A stretch of DNA of 64,000 nt, taken from positions 79,434,777-79,498,776 of the forward strand of contig NC_068986.1 of the NCBI RefSeq assembly GCF_001194135.2. Reading direction: 5' to 3'. Shown here in pieces: positions 24,963-38,779 of the stretch. This DNA comes from Octopus bimaculoides (Eukaryota). The notes under the pieces were generated by a model, which worked only from the letters and a program-made list of their open reading frames with translations, did not search any database and was not told the origin of the DNA. Both the position numbers and the translations under genes were made by a program. The first letter of the stretch is position 1. Each line of letters opens with the position of its first letter.

Positions 24963-25262
24963 TCCACTGTCTCCCTTCGTCTCTCTCACACACTCTCTGT
25001 CGTTCGCTCTCATTGTCTCTCCGCTCGGTCATACACACACGCGCGCGCGTGTGCACACACACACACACACACACATAGAAATCTACTCCCACAATTCTCA
25101 TGTCTTCCTTTTCAGATCTCTCATGCGATCACATACCCTTAATCAGATCAGAAAGGTAATCTTCAAATCAATGTTTACTCCGCATGCGCACATAGATCCA
25201 TACACAGGTATGATCTTTTTATTCGATTGTTCTTTCTCCCTCACACACTTGCTTATTGTTTC

Positions 25263-25325
<63 letters not shown>

Positions 25326-25700
25326 CTGTATCACTTTTCCTTAATATTTAAAGATACAGGAGAAGCACACCTACACATGCTTATACACATACACACGAAT
25401 ACACATACTCGAACATTGGCCTCTTCCTTTTCCTTCCCTCTTTTTGTCTCTCGCTCTCGCCCTAAGAGTTTACCCTCACTATCATAGTCACAGAAATACC
25501 CTTACACATCTTCATATACATACGACATACAGAAAATACACATAAGCTCCCGTACAATGAATTTCATAATGAAAACATAGTCTTGCAATCCATGACTACA
25601 TATCCACAAATACAATTACACATGAACCAATACAAACACATACACACACACACACATATATACGCAAGCACATGTACACGTAAGTACGCGCACACAGAGA

Positions 25701-25731
<31 letters not shown>

Positions 25732-25847
25732 AACACACACATGGACACTAAGAATTACATATGGAGAGACGAACAAACATACGTATCCATTCATAAACAC
25801 ACAAAACCCGCAAAGCCGACGCTCAAACACACACTGTATATGTTGTG

Positions 25848-25910
<63 letters not shown>

Positions 25911-27260
25911 ATATGTGTGTGTATGTGTGTGTGCATGTGTACTCTCTGAATCACATATGGAGAGACTGCAATACGCGTACATATTTTCGAAACACGCAAA
26001 AAACCCACACGCGAACACGTACACATACACAAACGGAAACAAACAAACACACACACACAGATACATACAGAAATACACTGATTCAGATAATGATTTTTAT
26101 CCACTGACTTACACTGATAAACAAAAACAACGAAGCATACACGCTTCAAAAGGATTTTAATTAACACGAAACACGCAAACACATGCAAACAGACACACAC
26201 AACCACACACACACATAGAGACTCGCACAAAAACACACATGAACACGTGCACACAGGCACACGCTATCTCTTCCCTCATCACCCTCTGGCTCTTGGCTTT
26301 CTCTCTTTCTGGCTCTCTGTTTATCCGTCTCCTTTTATCACTGTCTACCTCACCCTGGCTATTACTCTCTCATCCTCAGTTTTATGAATTTCATCTTTCG
26401 CATATGTAAACAGAGGATTGAGAACAGATAGGTTATCTATTTTCCCGTTCCTTTGTTACTGACACTTTATCAACCTTTCTCACTGTCTCCCAATTCCGAC
26501 CCCAACCTCTCTCCTCTCTCCACAAATCCCATCTCTCTTTTAACTCTCCACCTTTTCTCCTTTCATTCTCGCACTCTCTCTTTCTTTTCCCTCTTCTACG
26601 TACACACTAACACTCGCACGTACAGGCACATACATACATGCCGACATACATACATACATACATACATACAAATATATACATGATACATACACATATATAT
26701 ATAATTTCCTATGAGCTGTGTGTATCTCTTGATCTCTCTCTCTCTTTCCCTGTCTCTCTCTTTCCCTGTCTCTCTCTTTCCCTGTCTCTCTCTTTCTCTC
26801 TCTACTCCCTCTTTTTCTGATGCTCCTTGTACCCCACACGCCCACACATGCACACACATGCATACATCCACAAGTCTACAAGAACCATCACTTCCACCAA
26901 AGTGACGCATCTCTCGCTATCCCCCCTCTCTTTATCACTCTCTTTTCGTCTCTATCTTTCTCTTCCTCTCTCTCTCTCTCTCTCTCTCTGATACTCACAT
27001 ACACACAATTGCTTTACCTTGTTTTATCTCTCTGTCCCGTTAGTCTCTTCTCTTTCACATTACACCCACATATTCAAATGATTAGCTCTCAAACTAATAA
27101 TACCTAAATCACGTGTACACTCTTCTCATACTGTAATAGTTTTTCTTACTCCCCTTTCTCTTTCTTCTTTCACACACGCGCACACACACATACACACATA
27201 CACATGCACGCACACATATTACTCATGCATTAACAAACACGGAAACAGAAGCCCAGATAT
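23520..27260. repeat. Dense simple-repeat field: (TTG)/(CTG), (CA), (TA), (TG), (CT), (TACA)
   Basis: Direct reading; explains the dozens of low-complexity ORFs here. Confidence 0.9.
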
Positions 27261-27374
27261 ACACATATATACACACACATTTAAAGAAATCTGATTAAAT
27301 GCAATCAAAGAATTGAAATGAAAATGGCATGTCAACAGAGAATTTAAATAACAGGACCCTACTCAGAAATATAT

Positions 27375-27637
27375 TCAGTAATTAATCAAATTGGAAACCT
27401 GGGTCTCGCAATTGCTTTTCCAACATTCCAGCTTCTTCTTGATGCCGCCGTTCGCCATTTTGTTATTGTCGTTGATTTTCTTGTTTTTGTTTCCGTCTTT
27501 ATTGTTCTTGTTGTTTTGTTGTTGTTATTCTCATTGTTGAACTTGTTGTTCCTGTTGTTGTTCAACCACGAGTAACCTCGGTCGAATACTTCTGTGATCA
27601 AAGTTACTCCAATCGTGACTGTCCATTTTTACTTTTC
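27375..27637 (-). other. Exon-like Q/N/K-rich segment with two in-frame stops
   Basis: GTTTTGTTGTAG acceptor, then ATG at 27626: MDSHDWSNFDHRSIRPRLLVVEQQQEQQVQQ*E*QQQNNKNNKDGNKNKKINDNNKMANGGIKKKLECWKSNCETQVSNLINY*. Confidence 0.25.
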
Positions 27638-27775
27638 CTACAACAAAACGTATCTTCTCTGTTTTTAAGAAAGTAAGACAGTAATTGCAACACTGTACGA
27701 CGTTAGAATTATCTGTCTCGAGATGAAAAAAAAACAGTTATACGCAGTTTTCTTCTACTCGTGTATGATTAATAA

Positions 27776-28979
27776 TTGGCCGTGGCTTCAATGATTTTCA
27801 TCGTATCACTGCTCATTCAGAACTAACTTTTGGCTAATTTCTTAGCTTGTTGTTATTGCTGTTGTTGTTTGGACCCAAAACCGTCTTCGTCGAGCAGAAT
27901 ATAACTCCAACTGTAATTGTTGCATGAAAGTAACAGCGTTGCGTCACGAAAGAAACAGTAAAAACTTCTACAATTAGGCATGAATTGAGGATGATATAGC
28001 TGCCATTTCTAAGAGGTTGAAGAAAAATGCAGAAAATCCTTTGTTACTGTGATTCTCCGCTGATCAGTAGGTAAGGCTTAGCCAAATATCGTGAGAAAAA
28101 TAAAAACCGTTTGTGTCAATGTTTATGCGTGTGTGTGAGTGTGTGTGTATGTGTATGTGTGTGTGTATGAATGTGTGCGTGTATGTGAGTGTGTGTGTAT
28201 ATGTATGTGAGTGTATATACGTCCATATTGTTTTTATATTCTAGGGTGTACAAGCATATTTCATATTGTTTATGTTGAATTCCAGGTTCGATTGAATAAT
28301 TTAAACCACCAGCATGACAGTTTAACCGTCAAGTATAGAAGGAAACCTCTAAGTAGTCGTTTGACGTGCTAGAAATAACAACCAAATTACCTTCAAAATA
28401 AAAAAAAATCTTGATAAATGTATGAACACAGGAAAAAATATCACAGAAAAATATCCCTGATGAGAAAAAAAATAACGTTATATCCCACATACTTAAATAA
28501 GCTTGTTTTAAGTTATTCAATGAGTTTTGATTTTTGTTTTCACACGTGTAATACCATTATACAAATTGTGGTGCCATTGCGTACAAGTCATATATAAATA
28601 CTTTATTGAAATGCTGGATTAAACATCGAAGATATTACAACTGTCAGTTTTACCATCTAGCAGATCACATGGATACTAGTCCACTTTAATTTCATGAATA
28701 TTGTGATAATATGAGGGACATCTATTGAAATAAATATTTCCTGTCATAAACCATTATGTACATGTCATGAAGCATTAGTTCATAACGTAAAATATTACAA
28801 GCTTTATAAAGTTATTTGTATGGAATATGATATTTTGTAGGTGACATTTTTTACTCTAAAAAAATTGGGAAACGGGAGAAAAAGCCGGGTTGGCCGTGGC
28901 TTCAATGATTTTCATCGTATCACTGCTCATTCAGAATTAACTTTGGGCTAATTTCTTAGCTTGTTGTTATTGCTGTTGT
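27776..28979 (+). repeat. About 90-bp direct duplication (27776-27866 and 28890-28979)
   Basis: TTGGCCGTGGCTTCAATGATTTTCATCG...TTATTGCTGTTGT occurs twice with about 2 substitutions. Confidence 0.9.
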
Positions 28980-29406
28980 AACTAAGCAGTATTTTGCATA
29001 TGGATGTCACCCAAGTCCTTTGCAAAGACATTACAGTGTGATTTGAAGGAAATTGTCTGCTACTATATCTGACATTTTGATCGGCCATGCTTACCAGTAA
29101 ATTATAGCACTTAGGATGTTACTGCTATTTATTTCTTCAAATTCAGAATGATACAAAGCAAAATGAACTGCTGGAAAATTTGGATAAAAAATTGAGAAAC
29201 ACAGACTAGAGTCTTTGCCTTGGGCTTGGACTCTCAACTCCTTAGGCTGCAACCTCATGTGGTGTTAGAATATATGACGTGTGTATTGAATTTTTACACC
29301 TGAGAGAACCCGTCCCGCTCTAGCTTTGACCTGAACAGGTTTCTTCCTGAAACACAGAGAAGCCAACAATTAGAAAAAATGAAAAGAATCGATATAAAAA
29401 AAAGAC

Positions 29407-29812
29407 AAGTACTTTATTTATTGATCCCGAAAGGATGGAATGCAATGATGAACTTGTTAGTATTTGAACTCATATAGCAGAAGGCCGGAACCAATACTGC
29501 AACACAATGTATACCATGCTCAACTGACTTGGTGAATTCGCTTCCTAAACTGTATACTGCAAAGCATCGAGTCATTAGTATCAGTTGGGGAAAGGGAAAA
29601 TGCTAGCGGTGCTGGTAGGACGGAGGAATCCAGATAACACCGAAATATATGCATACATGTATTTCGTTACCCTCCCTGTATGTTCTGAATTCAAATCCTA
29701 CTCAACTCAACTTTGACTTTCATCTATTCCGGGTTCGGTAAAATAAGTACTAATCAAGTACTGCGGTCGATTTAATTAACTGCTAACACTCCCAAAATGC
29801 TGACCTTGTGCC
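29407..29812. mobile_element. Two degenerate family B SINE relics (minus about 29407-29500; plus about 29660-29812)
   Basis: Recognisable GAAAGGATG..TTTGAACTC and TTCTGAATTCAAATCC..TAAAATAAGTACT..CCTTGTGCC cores. Confidence 0.55.
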
Positions 29813-30225
29813 TTTGTTCTCTGAGAAATAATTTTTCCTAACTGCATCCTCCTACACCTAAGAAGTAATAATTAAATAAATAAATAAAGTGTGCAACACA
29901 TAATTAATTATAGGAAGATTCCACATCAGTTAGCTATCTAATTAATTTCCACAACGTTTTTAACTAATTTTCGTTTAACTCTTTAAGCGAAGCATTAGCT
30001 ATACACATCGTTGTTTCTATCTACTCACTGCTTCTGTAAACAGGATAAATAACTGTAAAACCTGTGTGATCTTCTGCTTTCAATAGACTCTCAAATTTTT
30101 AAGAAGATGAATGGATAGACAGAGAAAGAGAGACGGATCGATAGCATGAAACACATATAGAAGTGTGTGTATATAAATATGGGTGTGTGTGTGAGCGTGC
30201 GTGCGTATATTTATGTATCTCTCTC

Positions 30226-30293
<68 letters not shown>

Positions 30294-30303
30294 NNNNNNN
30301 NNN

Positions 30304-30363
<60 letters not shown>

Positions 30364-30534
30364 TATATTATTACACATTTGGGATTTTACTGTTCCTAAG
30401 ATTTTTAAAAATATATATGTATATATATGCGCATTCGACAAGAAGTAATTTTTGTCTCTTTTATGGAAACAAAAGGGTTTATAGGACTGCAAAAAAAGAA
30501 GTGCTCAACTGTAATTGAGACAGAAAAAACAAAC

Positions 30535-31426
30535 ATTGATCATAGAACAAACATCAAATTCGAGTCAACGACTTTATATATAACACCATACCTCCAAGCA
30601 TTTGATCATATATAAATATTACCGTCGTTCTTAAGCATATAAAATATACATATATAACAAACACAGAAGGTAAAAATATGTATGCGAATAAAAATACAGA
30701 TTTATAGAAAGGCCTATCAAAAAGTTATATACAATCGACTAAAAATTCTAAAGCGTGTCATGCTACTAAAAACCTAAATAAAATAAAATAAAATATCAAT
30801 CGACTAAAAAGAATTTTATTACTTCCCGCAAACAAAAGAGTATGTCAAAAAAGTTCATTTCATAACAAACATAGTAGGTTGGAATCCAGGAGCAAAAAGA
30901 GTTCCACAAAATCAAGTCAAACACACCTATGGCCATTTCGGTAGTTCATTGCCGCGGTTCGATTACAGTTAAAGGGCATCTCGGCAATGACCCCCTCATC
31001 AGGATGAACAATGAACTCCCGAAATGGCCGTAAATGTGTTTGACTTGATTTTGTGGAACTCTTTTTGCTCCTGGACTCCAACCTACTATTGTTTTTATGA
31101 AATGAACTTTATTGACGTACTTTTTTTTTTTTTTGAGGGGAGTAAGAAAAAAATGTTTTAGTCGATTGATATTTTGTTTTATTTTATTTAGATGTTTAGT
31201 AGCATGACACGCTTTAGAAATTTTAGTCGATTGTATATACCTTTTTGATAGGCCGTTCTATATATCTGTATATTTATTTGCATATATATATTTACCTTCT
31301 GTGTTTTACATATATACTTTATATGTTTAAGAACCATGGTAATATTTATATATGATCAAATATTTGGAAGTATGGTGTTATATATAAAGTCATTGACTCG
31401 AATTTGATGTTTGTTCTATGATCAAT
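30535..31426. repeat. Long fold-back inverted repeat: arms 30535-30951 and 31009-31426, 57-nt spacer
   Basis: Arms are reverse-complementary along their whole length, e.g. ATTGATCATAGAACAAACATCAAATTCGAGTCAA / TTGACTCGAATTTGATGTTTGTTCTATGATCAAT. Confidence 0.95.
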
Positions 31427-32088
31427 TTTTCTTTATATATATACATATATATGTGTATGCAATGCATGTATGTGTGTATATATACATGTATGTATGTAAT
31501 TATGTATGTATGTATGTATGTATGCATGTATATCAATTACTAGTCATGCTTATAACTATTATATACACTTCGTAACAAAAGGAAACGAATGTGTTTAGGT
31601 CAACACTATCTGACAAAGTGAGAAGTTAACGAAACTCTTACAAAACAACGAAATAACTGGCTGTAAATATTACACTTTTTCTGTGTTTTACTATAGGATC
31701 GATATTTCTGTCTGTATAATTTTAATTCACAGACACAGACTCATGACATCGGCTACTCATAGAATGATTGTGCGGACTCAGCGAATCCACACATGTTTGT
31801 GTGTGTGTGTGTGTGTGTGTGTACGTATGTATGTATGTATGTATGTATGTGTGTATGTATGTATGTATGTATGTTTGTATGTGCGTGTGTGTGCGTGTGA
31901 GTGTGTGTGTGTATTTTTATTTTATTTTATTTAGACGTGTAGTCATTTTATTATCTTGATCTTATGATATTTACTTTGTATTATATTATACTTATTTATT
32001 GTGCTTTTAATTATTAATTTTTTCTATATGTGACAGTGGATTTTCATCGATGAGTTCATGACCCTTGGTTCTTTTCCCNNNNNNNNNN

Positions 32089-32132
<44 letters not shown>

Positions 32133-32741
32133 GTGTGTGTGCGTATGAATTTATGCATGCATGTATGTTTGTATGTATGTATGTATGCACGCATGTATGT
32201 ATGTATATTATAGTATAGTATAGAACAAAAACAAAGAATACAGACTTATACCTTCTCTAATCCGCTTACGCGTGTTTCAGGTACGTTGGCATTTCAATCT
32301 TCAGCAATGTAGTGATCATGCGTATTAACTGACTCCATCTTTGATCAACTAATATTCAACAGCGATAGAGAAATTTAACTTTCTTATCCTTATCAAAATG
32401 ATACCGCATTACTTAGAAAGGAGAACATTTTTAAGAAAGATAGACAGTAGTAAAACTATCAATATTTGACCAGTACAAGAGGAAAGGAATTACATAAGTG
32501 GTTAAGTCTGTTATCGAAAGACATTTCATCCGAAAATTTCCCATTTCATCTATTGTCAATATTAGGTGTTGAGCTTGAAATCTCTTCTGCATTAAGATTT
32601 GATAGCTTTGATATACAGGTTTTCTCTCTTTGAACTAGATATTTCAGATCCATTAAATATGACCATAGGTTGCTCAATATTACTATAGTTTCTTGAGCCA
32701 TTACTACTATGATTATTATTATTATTATTGTTACCACTTAC

Positions 32742-32983
32742 AAAGGCGTCGAGATGGCAGAATCGTCAGCACGCCGTGCAAGATGTTTAGCGTCATTTCG
32801 TTCGTCTTTACGTTCTTCGTTCAAATTTCGCCGAAACCCACTTTGCTTTACAGGCTAAATAAAATAAGTCCCGGTTGAGCACTCTGGCGTCATTGTAATC
32901 GACTAGCTCCCTCACCAAAATTTCTGGCCTTGTGCCTATAGTAAAATGGATTATTATTATTGTCATTATTATTACTACAATTA

Positions 32984-33070
<87 letters not shown>

Positions 33071-33085
33071 TATTATTATTATTAA
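32742..33085 (+). mobile_element. Family B SINE (32742-32948) with an expanded (ATT)n tail
   Basis: AAAGGCGTCGAGATGGCAGAATCGTCAGC head, TTCAAATTTCGCCGA, GGCCTTGTGCCTATAGTA, followed directly by about 40 ATT units. Confidence 0.8.
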
Positions 33086-34322
33086 TACCTTTACTATTGT
33101 TACTACTCTCCTTATGTCTATTTTTAAGTTCATTTGATAAATCCATTTGAACAAACTTCCGCAATTTACTAACATTACATGCTGCTCTAATTTCTGCCAA
33201 ATTTCTCGTATTCTAGTTGCTCAATTTTATTGTATTGCCGTTAAATAACACACCATATTTACTTGATAGTGAAAAATGCTTTTCCAGAGCCATGAATAAT
33301 TTACCTGGAATTTTTATGGCTACTTGGGCCTTAAATGGGGCATTATACCATGTAATCTGTCTCGTGCGAGCTCTCTACCTTCGCTTTTTATTATTAATAT
33401 TATAGTTACTATTTCTTACCATATAGCCATGTATATATTTATTAGTAAAAATGTGAGGAGAACCATATTATTACTACTATTATTATCATATTCTTATTAT
33501 CACTCACAGCATTACTAATTAACAATATAATTATTACAATCCCTATTACAATCCGTAGTGCGGTTGGTTGTTACAATGCTCTTATTATTTAATACTGCTC
33601 CTAAGTTCACATGCGTAATCTCGTTCTTAATTTCACTGTTTCTTTTAGTTAGAAGTTTTAATTTCTTGCTCACTTTATCTACACCGCCTAATCTGTTATC
33701 AATAAAGCTTTTCTAACTACTAGTTTAATCAAGTTTAACCTTGGTGTTTTCAATTTTATTGTTATGATGATCGCTAGCATTATTCATTCGTTCCGTTACT
33801 TCTGAATCGTGAAGAATATTCTTAATATCAACGTTATGTATATAATAAATTTTCTCTGTGCATCCAGCTACTGCTAAAGCTAGATGACAGTACTTCTCAT
33901 TTGGTTTAAATATCTATCATTTTGCTGAAAATAAAGGGATTATAAGGGAGATGCTCCGAACTATAAAATTTATAATTGCCTCTAGATGATTGGATTATTG
34001 CCTCACGTATTTGAGTATCTCATTTCGCGTGGGATACGGATGATACAGCTGAGTAATAATGTCCATGGTAACATCCAGAAAATTTACTTTACTGCATCTC
34101 CAGGAAGATAGATAGTCCTAAACCCTTAAAAAATATAAATATAAGGATTTTTTTCCTATACCTTTCTAAGTTAAACTTACTACACCTATAAACAATAAAT
34201 AAAGTGTCGTCCCGATATAATCTCCAGACACTGGCTCAGAAAATTCCCCATTTAAACAGTTTTCAACACACACACATCACGTGTGCGCGCACACAAACAT
34301 GCACACGCAAACATACATACGT

Positions 34323-34391
<69 letters not shown>

Positions 34392-35194
34392 TGTGTGTGT
34401 GTACTAAATTAGTTACTTGTACTGAGTTGTTGGACACCATAATGATATGAATATTGTTAGGTCTGTCCTTTCCGGTTCAATGTTTACTTTCGAATTCAAT
34501 TATAGTCTTTTCTAGATAAATCAGTGTCCGTCACCGCAAAGACGAATATCCTATTTAGTAAAACAGGGTTATTAGAGGAATAATAAGTAGATTTATCGAT
34601 TTGGATAAACTGCTGAATTTCTTTAAACCAATCAATTGCTTCATATGAGTTGAACCATAAATCTAATTTTATAACTTGTCTGAAATTAAATATATATCTA
34701 TCTTTAATTATCTATCCATAATTAATTTTTTTATCTAATTATTTTATCCAATTATTTTAGTTATCTTAATTTTATAAAAATTATTATCATAGTTATGATA
34801 GTTATGTTGTCGTTAGTGTTATTGTTATATTTATTATTATTATTTTTTTAAAAATAGTAATTAGTTTAATAATTATTTTTTAATTGTTTTAAATTACTTT
34901 TAACTTTATTGTTAATTCACTTTCTACTTTATTTATTTTACTTTATTTATTTACTTGATTTATCTTAATTTATCCTACTTATATTACTTCTATTTTTATG
35001 TTTAATATTTAATATTTTCAGAATAATATTTTTTCAACCAGGATATCTTCGTTAGAAAATAATAGATCGGTTATTCTTCATAGTCTATACCTATCTTCTT
35101 CAAAGTATATATTCAAATTAATACTGATCAAATGAGATTTCCATCTGCTTTAAATAATTAAGTGCAGAATAACCTTGTTCCATTTACCTCCTGT

Positions 35195-35582
35195 TTTGTT
35201 GTTGTTGGCACTCCGTCGCTTACGACGTCGAGGGTTCCAGTTGATCCGATCAACGGAACAGCCTGCTCGTGAAATTAACGTGCAAGTGGCTGAGAACTCT
35301 ACAGACACGTGTACCCTTAACGTAGTTCTCGGGGATATTCAGCGTGACACAGTGTGACAAGGCTGACCCTTTGAATCACAGGCACAACAGAAACAGGAAG
35401 TAAGTGTGAGAGAAAGTTGTGGTGAAAGAGTACAGCAGGGTTCGCCACCATCCCCTGCCGGAGCCTCGTGGAGCTTTAGGCGTTTTCGCTCAATAAATAC
35501 TCACAACGCCCGGTCTGGGAATCGAAACCGAGATCCTATGACAGCGAGTCCGCTGCCCTAACCACTGGGCCATTGCGCCTCC
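35195..35582 (-). mobile_element. Full-length tRNA-derived SINE (family C) with an 11-bp TSD
   Basis: Reverse-complement head GGAGGCGCAATGGCCCAGTGGTTAGGGCAGCGG..GGTTTCGATTCCC, (CAA)n tail; TSD TTACCTCCTGT at 35184-35194 and 35583-35593. Confidence 0.92.
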
Positions 35583-36239
35583 TTACCTCCTGTATTTACT
35601 TGAATTGGCCAGTAATAATTACAATGGAATCGTGAGGCAGGATTTTTGCTGTAGACATTCTTCAAGTTGACGGGTGGGATTGAGGCAAGTGAATGACATA
35701 TAACAATCCTAGCATTATTTTATAAATACTATGCCTATGTATATCTACTGAAATACCGCCTTTATCACATGTACTGGTCAAATATTCTTTGTTTAACTAA
35801 CAACATTTTACCAGTGCAAGGCGTACACTCTTAAAATGCTGCCCATTCTAAGCAGTATGGTATAATTTTGATATGGATAAATTAGTGTTAAATTCATCTA
35901 TCCTTGTAGAATATTAGCCGATAAAATACGGTATCGGTTGATATGCATCACATAATTTGGAAATGCTAACTTATCCGAAACGCGCATGAGCGGTTTTCCG
36001 AAACCATAATTCGCCATATTTTGTTTTTTTCTTCTATACTCTGTGACATTATATTAACAATATTTGGTGTTTGAATTTCGAATTTGCAAATTGAATAGAA
36101 AGCAGGAAGTAATTTTACAACTGATATGGATTACAACGGCTCTCACTGGACGGTTTAGGCAGCGAAGGTTCATCACTACGGATTACTTATAAAAAATTCG
36201 CCTTTTCCACACTCACACACTCACACACACACACACACG

Positions 36240-36283
<44 letters not shown>

Positions 36284-36337
36284 AGCATACACACACATAT
36301 AATGCATGTATCGATGAATGGAAATTCGGTAGGACAG

Positions 36338-36500
36338 AGTCGATTACTTTGACTCTAGTGCTCAACTTGTACGTATCGTCCTCAAAAGGATGAAAGGCAA
36401 AGTGGAATTCTGCGAAATTTGAACTCAAAACCTAAAGACAGATGAAACGCCGCTAATCATTTCTCCCGGTATGCTAACAATTCTGTCAGCACGACGACTT
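36338..36500 (-). mobile_element. Degenerate family B SINE
   Basis: AAAGGATGAAAGGCAAAGTGG..ATTTGAACTC..TGCTAACAATTCTG is the reverse complement of the family B core and head. Confidence 0.7.
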
Positions 36501-38183
36501 AGCTGGATGCAAAAACTAACAAAGAGAAGAGAGTAAGCAATACGTTTAATTACATAAATCCACAGTTGATTCATCGATTTTCTACCAGAGGATAGTTGCG
36601 GCTACGCTACCATATAGTACATAAAATATTACTTCGTATCCGTATAATTTTCCCAATACCGGAAAATATCGACACGTCAGGTTAATGTATGTATGTAATA
36701 TTCATCCTTCCCTCCCTCCCTCCCNNNNNNNNNNNNNNNNNNNNNNNNNNNNNNNNNNNNNNNNNNNNNNNNNNNNNNNNNNNNNNNNNNNNNNNNNNNN
36801 NNNNNNNNNNNNNNNNNNNNNNNNNNNNNNNNNNNNNNNNNNNNNNNNNNNNNNNNNNNNNNNNNNNNNNNNNNNNNNNNNNNNNNNNNNNNNNNNNNNN
36901 NNNNNNNNNNNNNNNNNNNNNNNNNNNNNNNNNNNNNNNNNNNNNNNNNNNNNNNNNNNNNNNNNNNNNNNNNNNNNNNNNNNNNNNNNNNNNNNNNNNN
37001 NNNNNNNNNNNNNNNNNNNNNNNNNNNNNNNNNNNNNNNNNNNNNNNNNNNNNNNNNNNNNNNNNNNNNNNNNNNNNNNNNNNNNNNNNNNNNNNNNNNN
37101 NNNTATATATACATACATATATACAATATATACATATATACAGTTTCCCTAAAACTATATATATATATACGCATATATGAATGATTGTGTACCTATACAC
37201 ATGCATACTTGTGTATATATGTGTGTGTGTGTATGTGTGTGTGAGAGAAAGAAGAAAACAGATAAGGAAAGAGACCAACGATTTTCTTGTAACTAAAACA
37301 ATGTTTACAGCTAAAACTAATTTTCGCTAGACACTGGCGCTTGTCTACACAGAGCACAAAATCTACTAGGTGTTGCGTTTTGTGCACACAACCCACAGGA
37401 ATCAAAAATGTTAAACTTCATATTAGCCAATTGTCTCGGAATAGTTTCTTTCATTTTATATGCATTAAGATAGTTGTATTTCTCTTTCTGCTTAAGCATT
37501 TGTTGAATAACAAAATAGCTACACATTAGTTTTATTACATTATACTATTATATTCTATATATTATATTATATTACATTATATTATATTATTCTAAATAGT
37601 CAAATCATATACTATAACGGTAATTTTCGTTGAAATATTGCATCGACCTTCTGTTCTACAGGATTATCTTATATACTGTTAGTCAACAGAATTCGCATGT
37701 TAGAAACCATTGATGTGTTGTTGTTATCTTCTAATTGGTTTCTTTGCCGTTTTATTTTCTTATCCTTATATCATGCGACACGTAGATTGGATGACTCTTT
37801 AAGAATGTGCACGTAGCTTCATAGGTCGCTGTACTCTTAAGTTGGCCAGTTATTGTATTCTGTCAGTGATAGAAGATTTGTTATTTATCTTTCAGTTCGT
37901 TCGAAAGCTGATATTTGCAGTAGATAGCACGTCATCTTCTTCTCCGCCTTTTACCCATTTACTTTCATTTCCCCTTCTTTCTTTCTCTCTTATTCTCTCT
38001 CTTTCTCTTTCTCTCTCGTTCTTTCCTCCGCACACTTCACCTTCTTATAAGTACTCCTGTAGAAACGCATGGTGGCGCGTGCAATATAAATGGCGAGAAT
38101 GAAATAGACAAGAAGGAAAACTAAAAACACAAATTTTTAGATGAAAATCAGACGGACAGACCAGTGGACAGAGAAGCAGAGAC

Positions 38184-38254
<71 letters not shown>

Positions 38255-38512
38255 TTTGCACATTAATTTTTTATTTCTCCTATTCTTATTAAATTTACTC
38301 CAAATCATTGATAATTAGATATCGATATTGTTATTGAGGAAAACAAAAATACATAAGGGTACAGCGTATACCTACTTCCGAGTTTTCAGGGATTATAATT
38401 TTATTATAATTAAATTCACCAATGAAGATATTTATTGATTGCTATTTGTTTTTTTCTTTCTTTCTTTCGAGGTTCTGCTAATAAAATTTTAACTGTTCAT
38501 GTAAGATAATTA

Positions 38513-38765
38513 TACGAGGTGTAGTGAGAAACTATGCCTCCTTTGGCAAAAAACAAGTAATATTAAAAAACTCGCCATTTCGATTTAGTCTCCTTCAAAG
38601 CATTTGCCTTGAGATTTTCCACACTTCTGCCAACGTTTCTGCCACTGCTAGAAACATTTCTGGAAATCATTTTTTGTTTAATGTCCTCTGTTGACTCAAA
38701 TCTTCTCCCTTTGAGTGTTTTTTGAGTTTTGGGAATAGCTAAAATCACACGGAGCCAATTCGTAA
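38513..38765 (-). mobile_element. Mariner 3' fragment (TIR plus transposase C-terminus)
   Basis: TA-CGAGG TIR start at 38513; minus strand reads LAPCDF*LFPKLKKTLKGRRFESTEDIK, the mariner YSPDLAPxDF region. Confidence 0.85.
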
Positions 38766-38779
38766 AATGTCATACTATT

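Noticed and set aside
32258-32312. Minus-strand CTGAAGA...GAAACACGCGTA-AGCGG
   Set aside because: The core is present but neither stem I nor stem II pairs; probable decayed relic, not called.
32808-33200. Poly-Asn/Ile/Leu ORFs
   Set aside because: The (ATT)n tail of a SINE.
35915-35995. TTATCC-GAAACGCGCATGAGCGG
   Set aside because: No CTGANGA upstream (possibly deleted); cannot be supported as a ribozyme.
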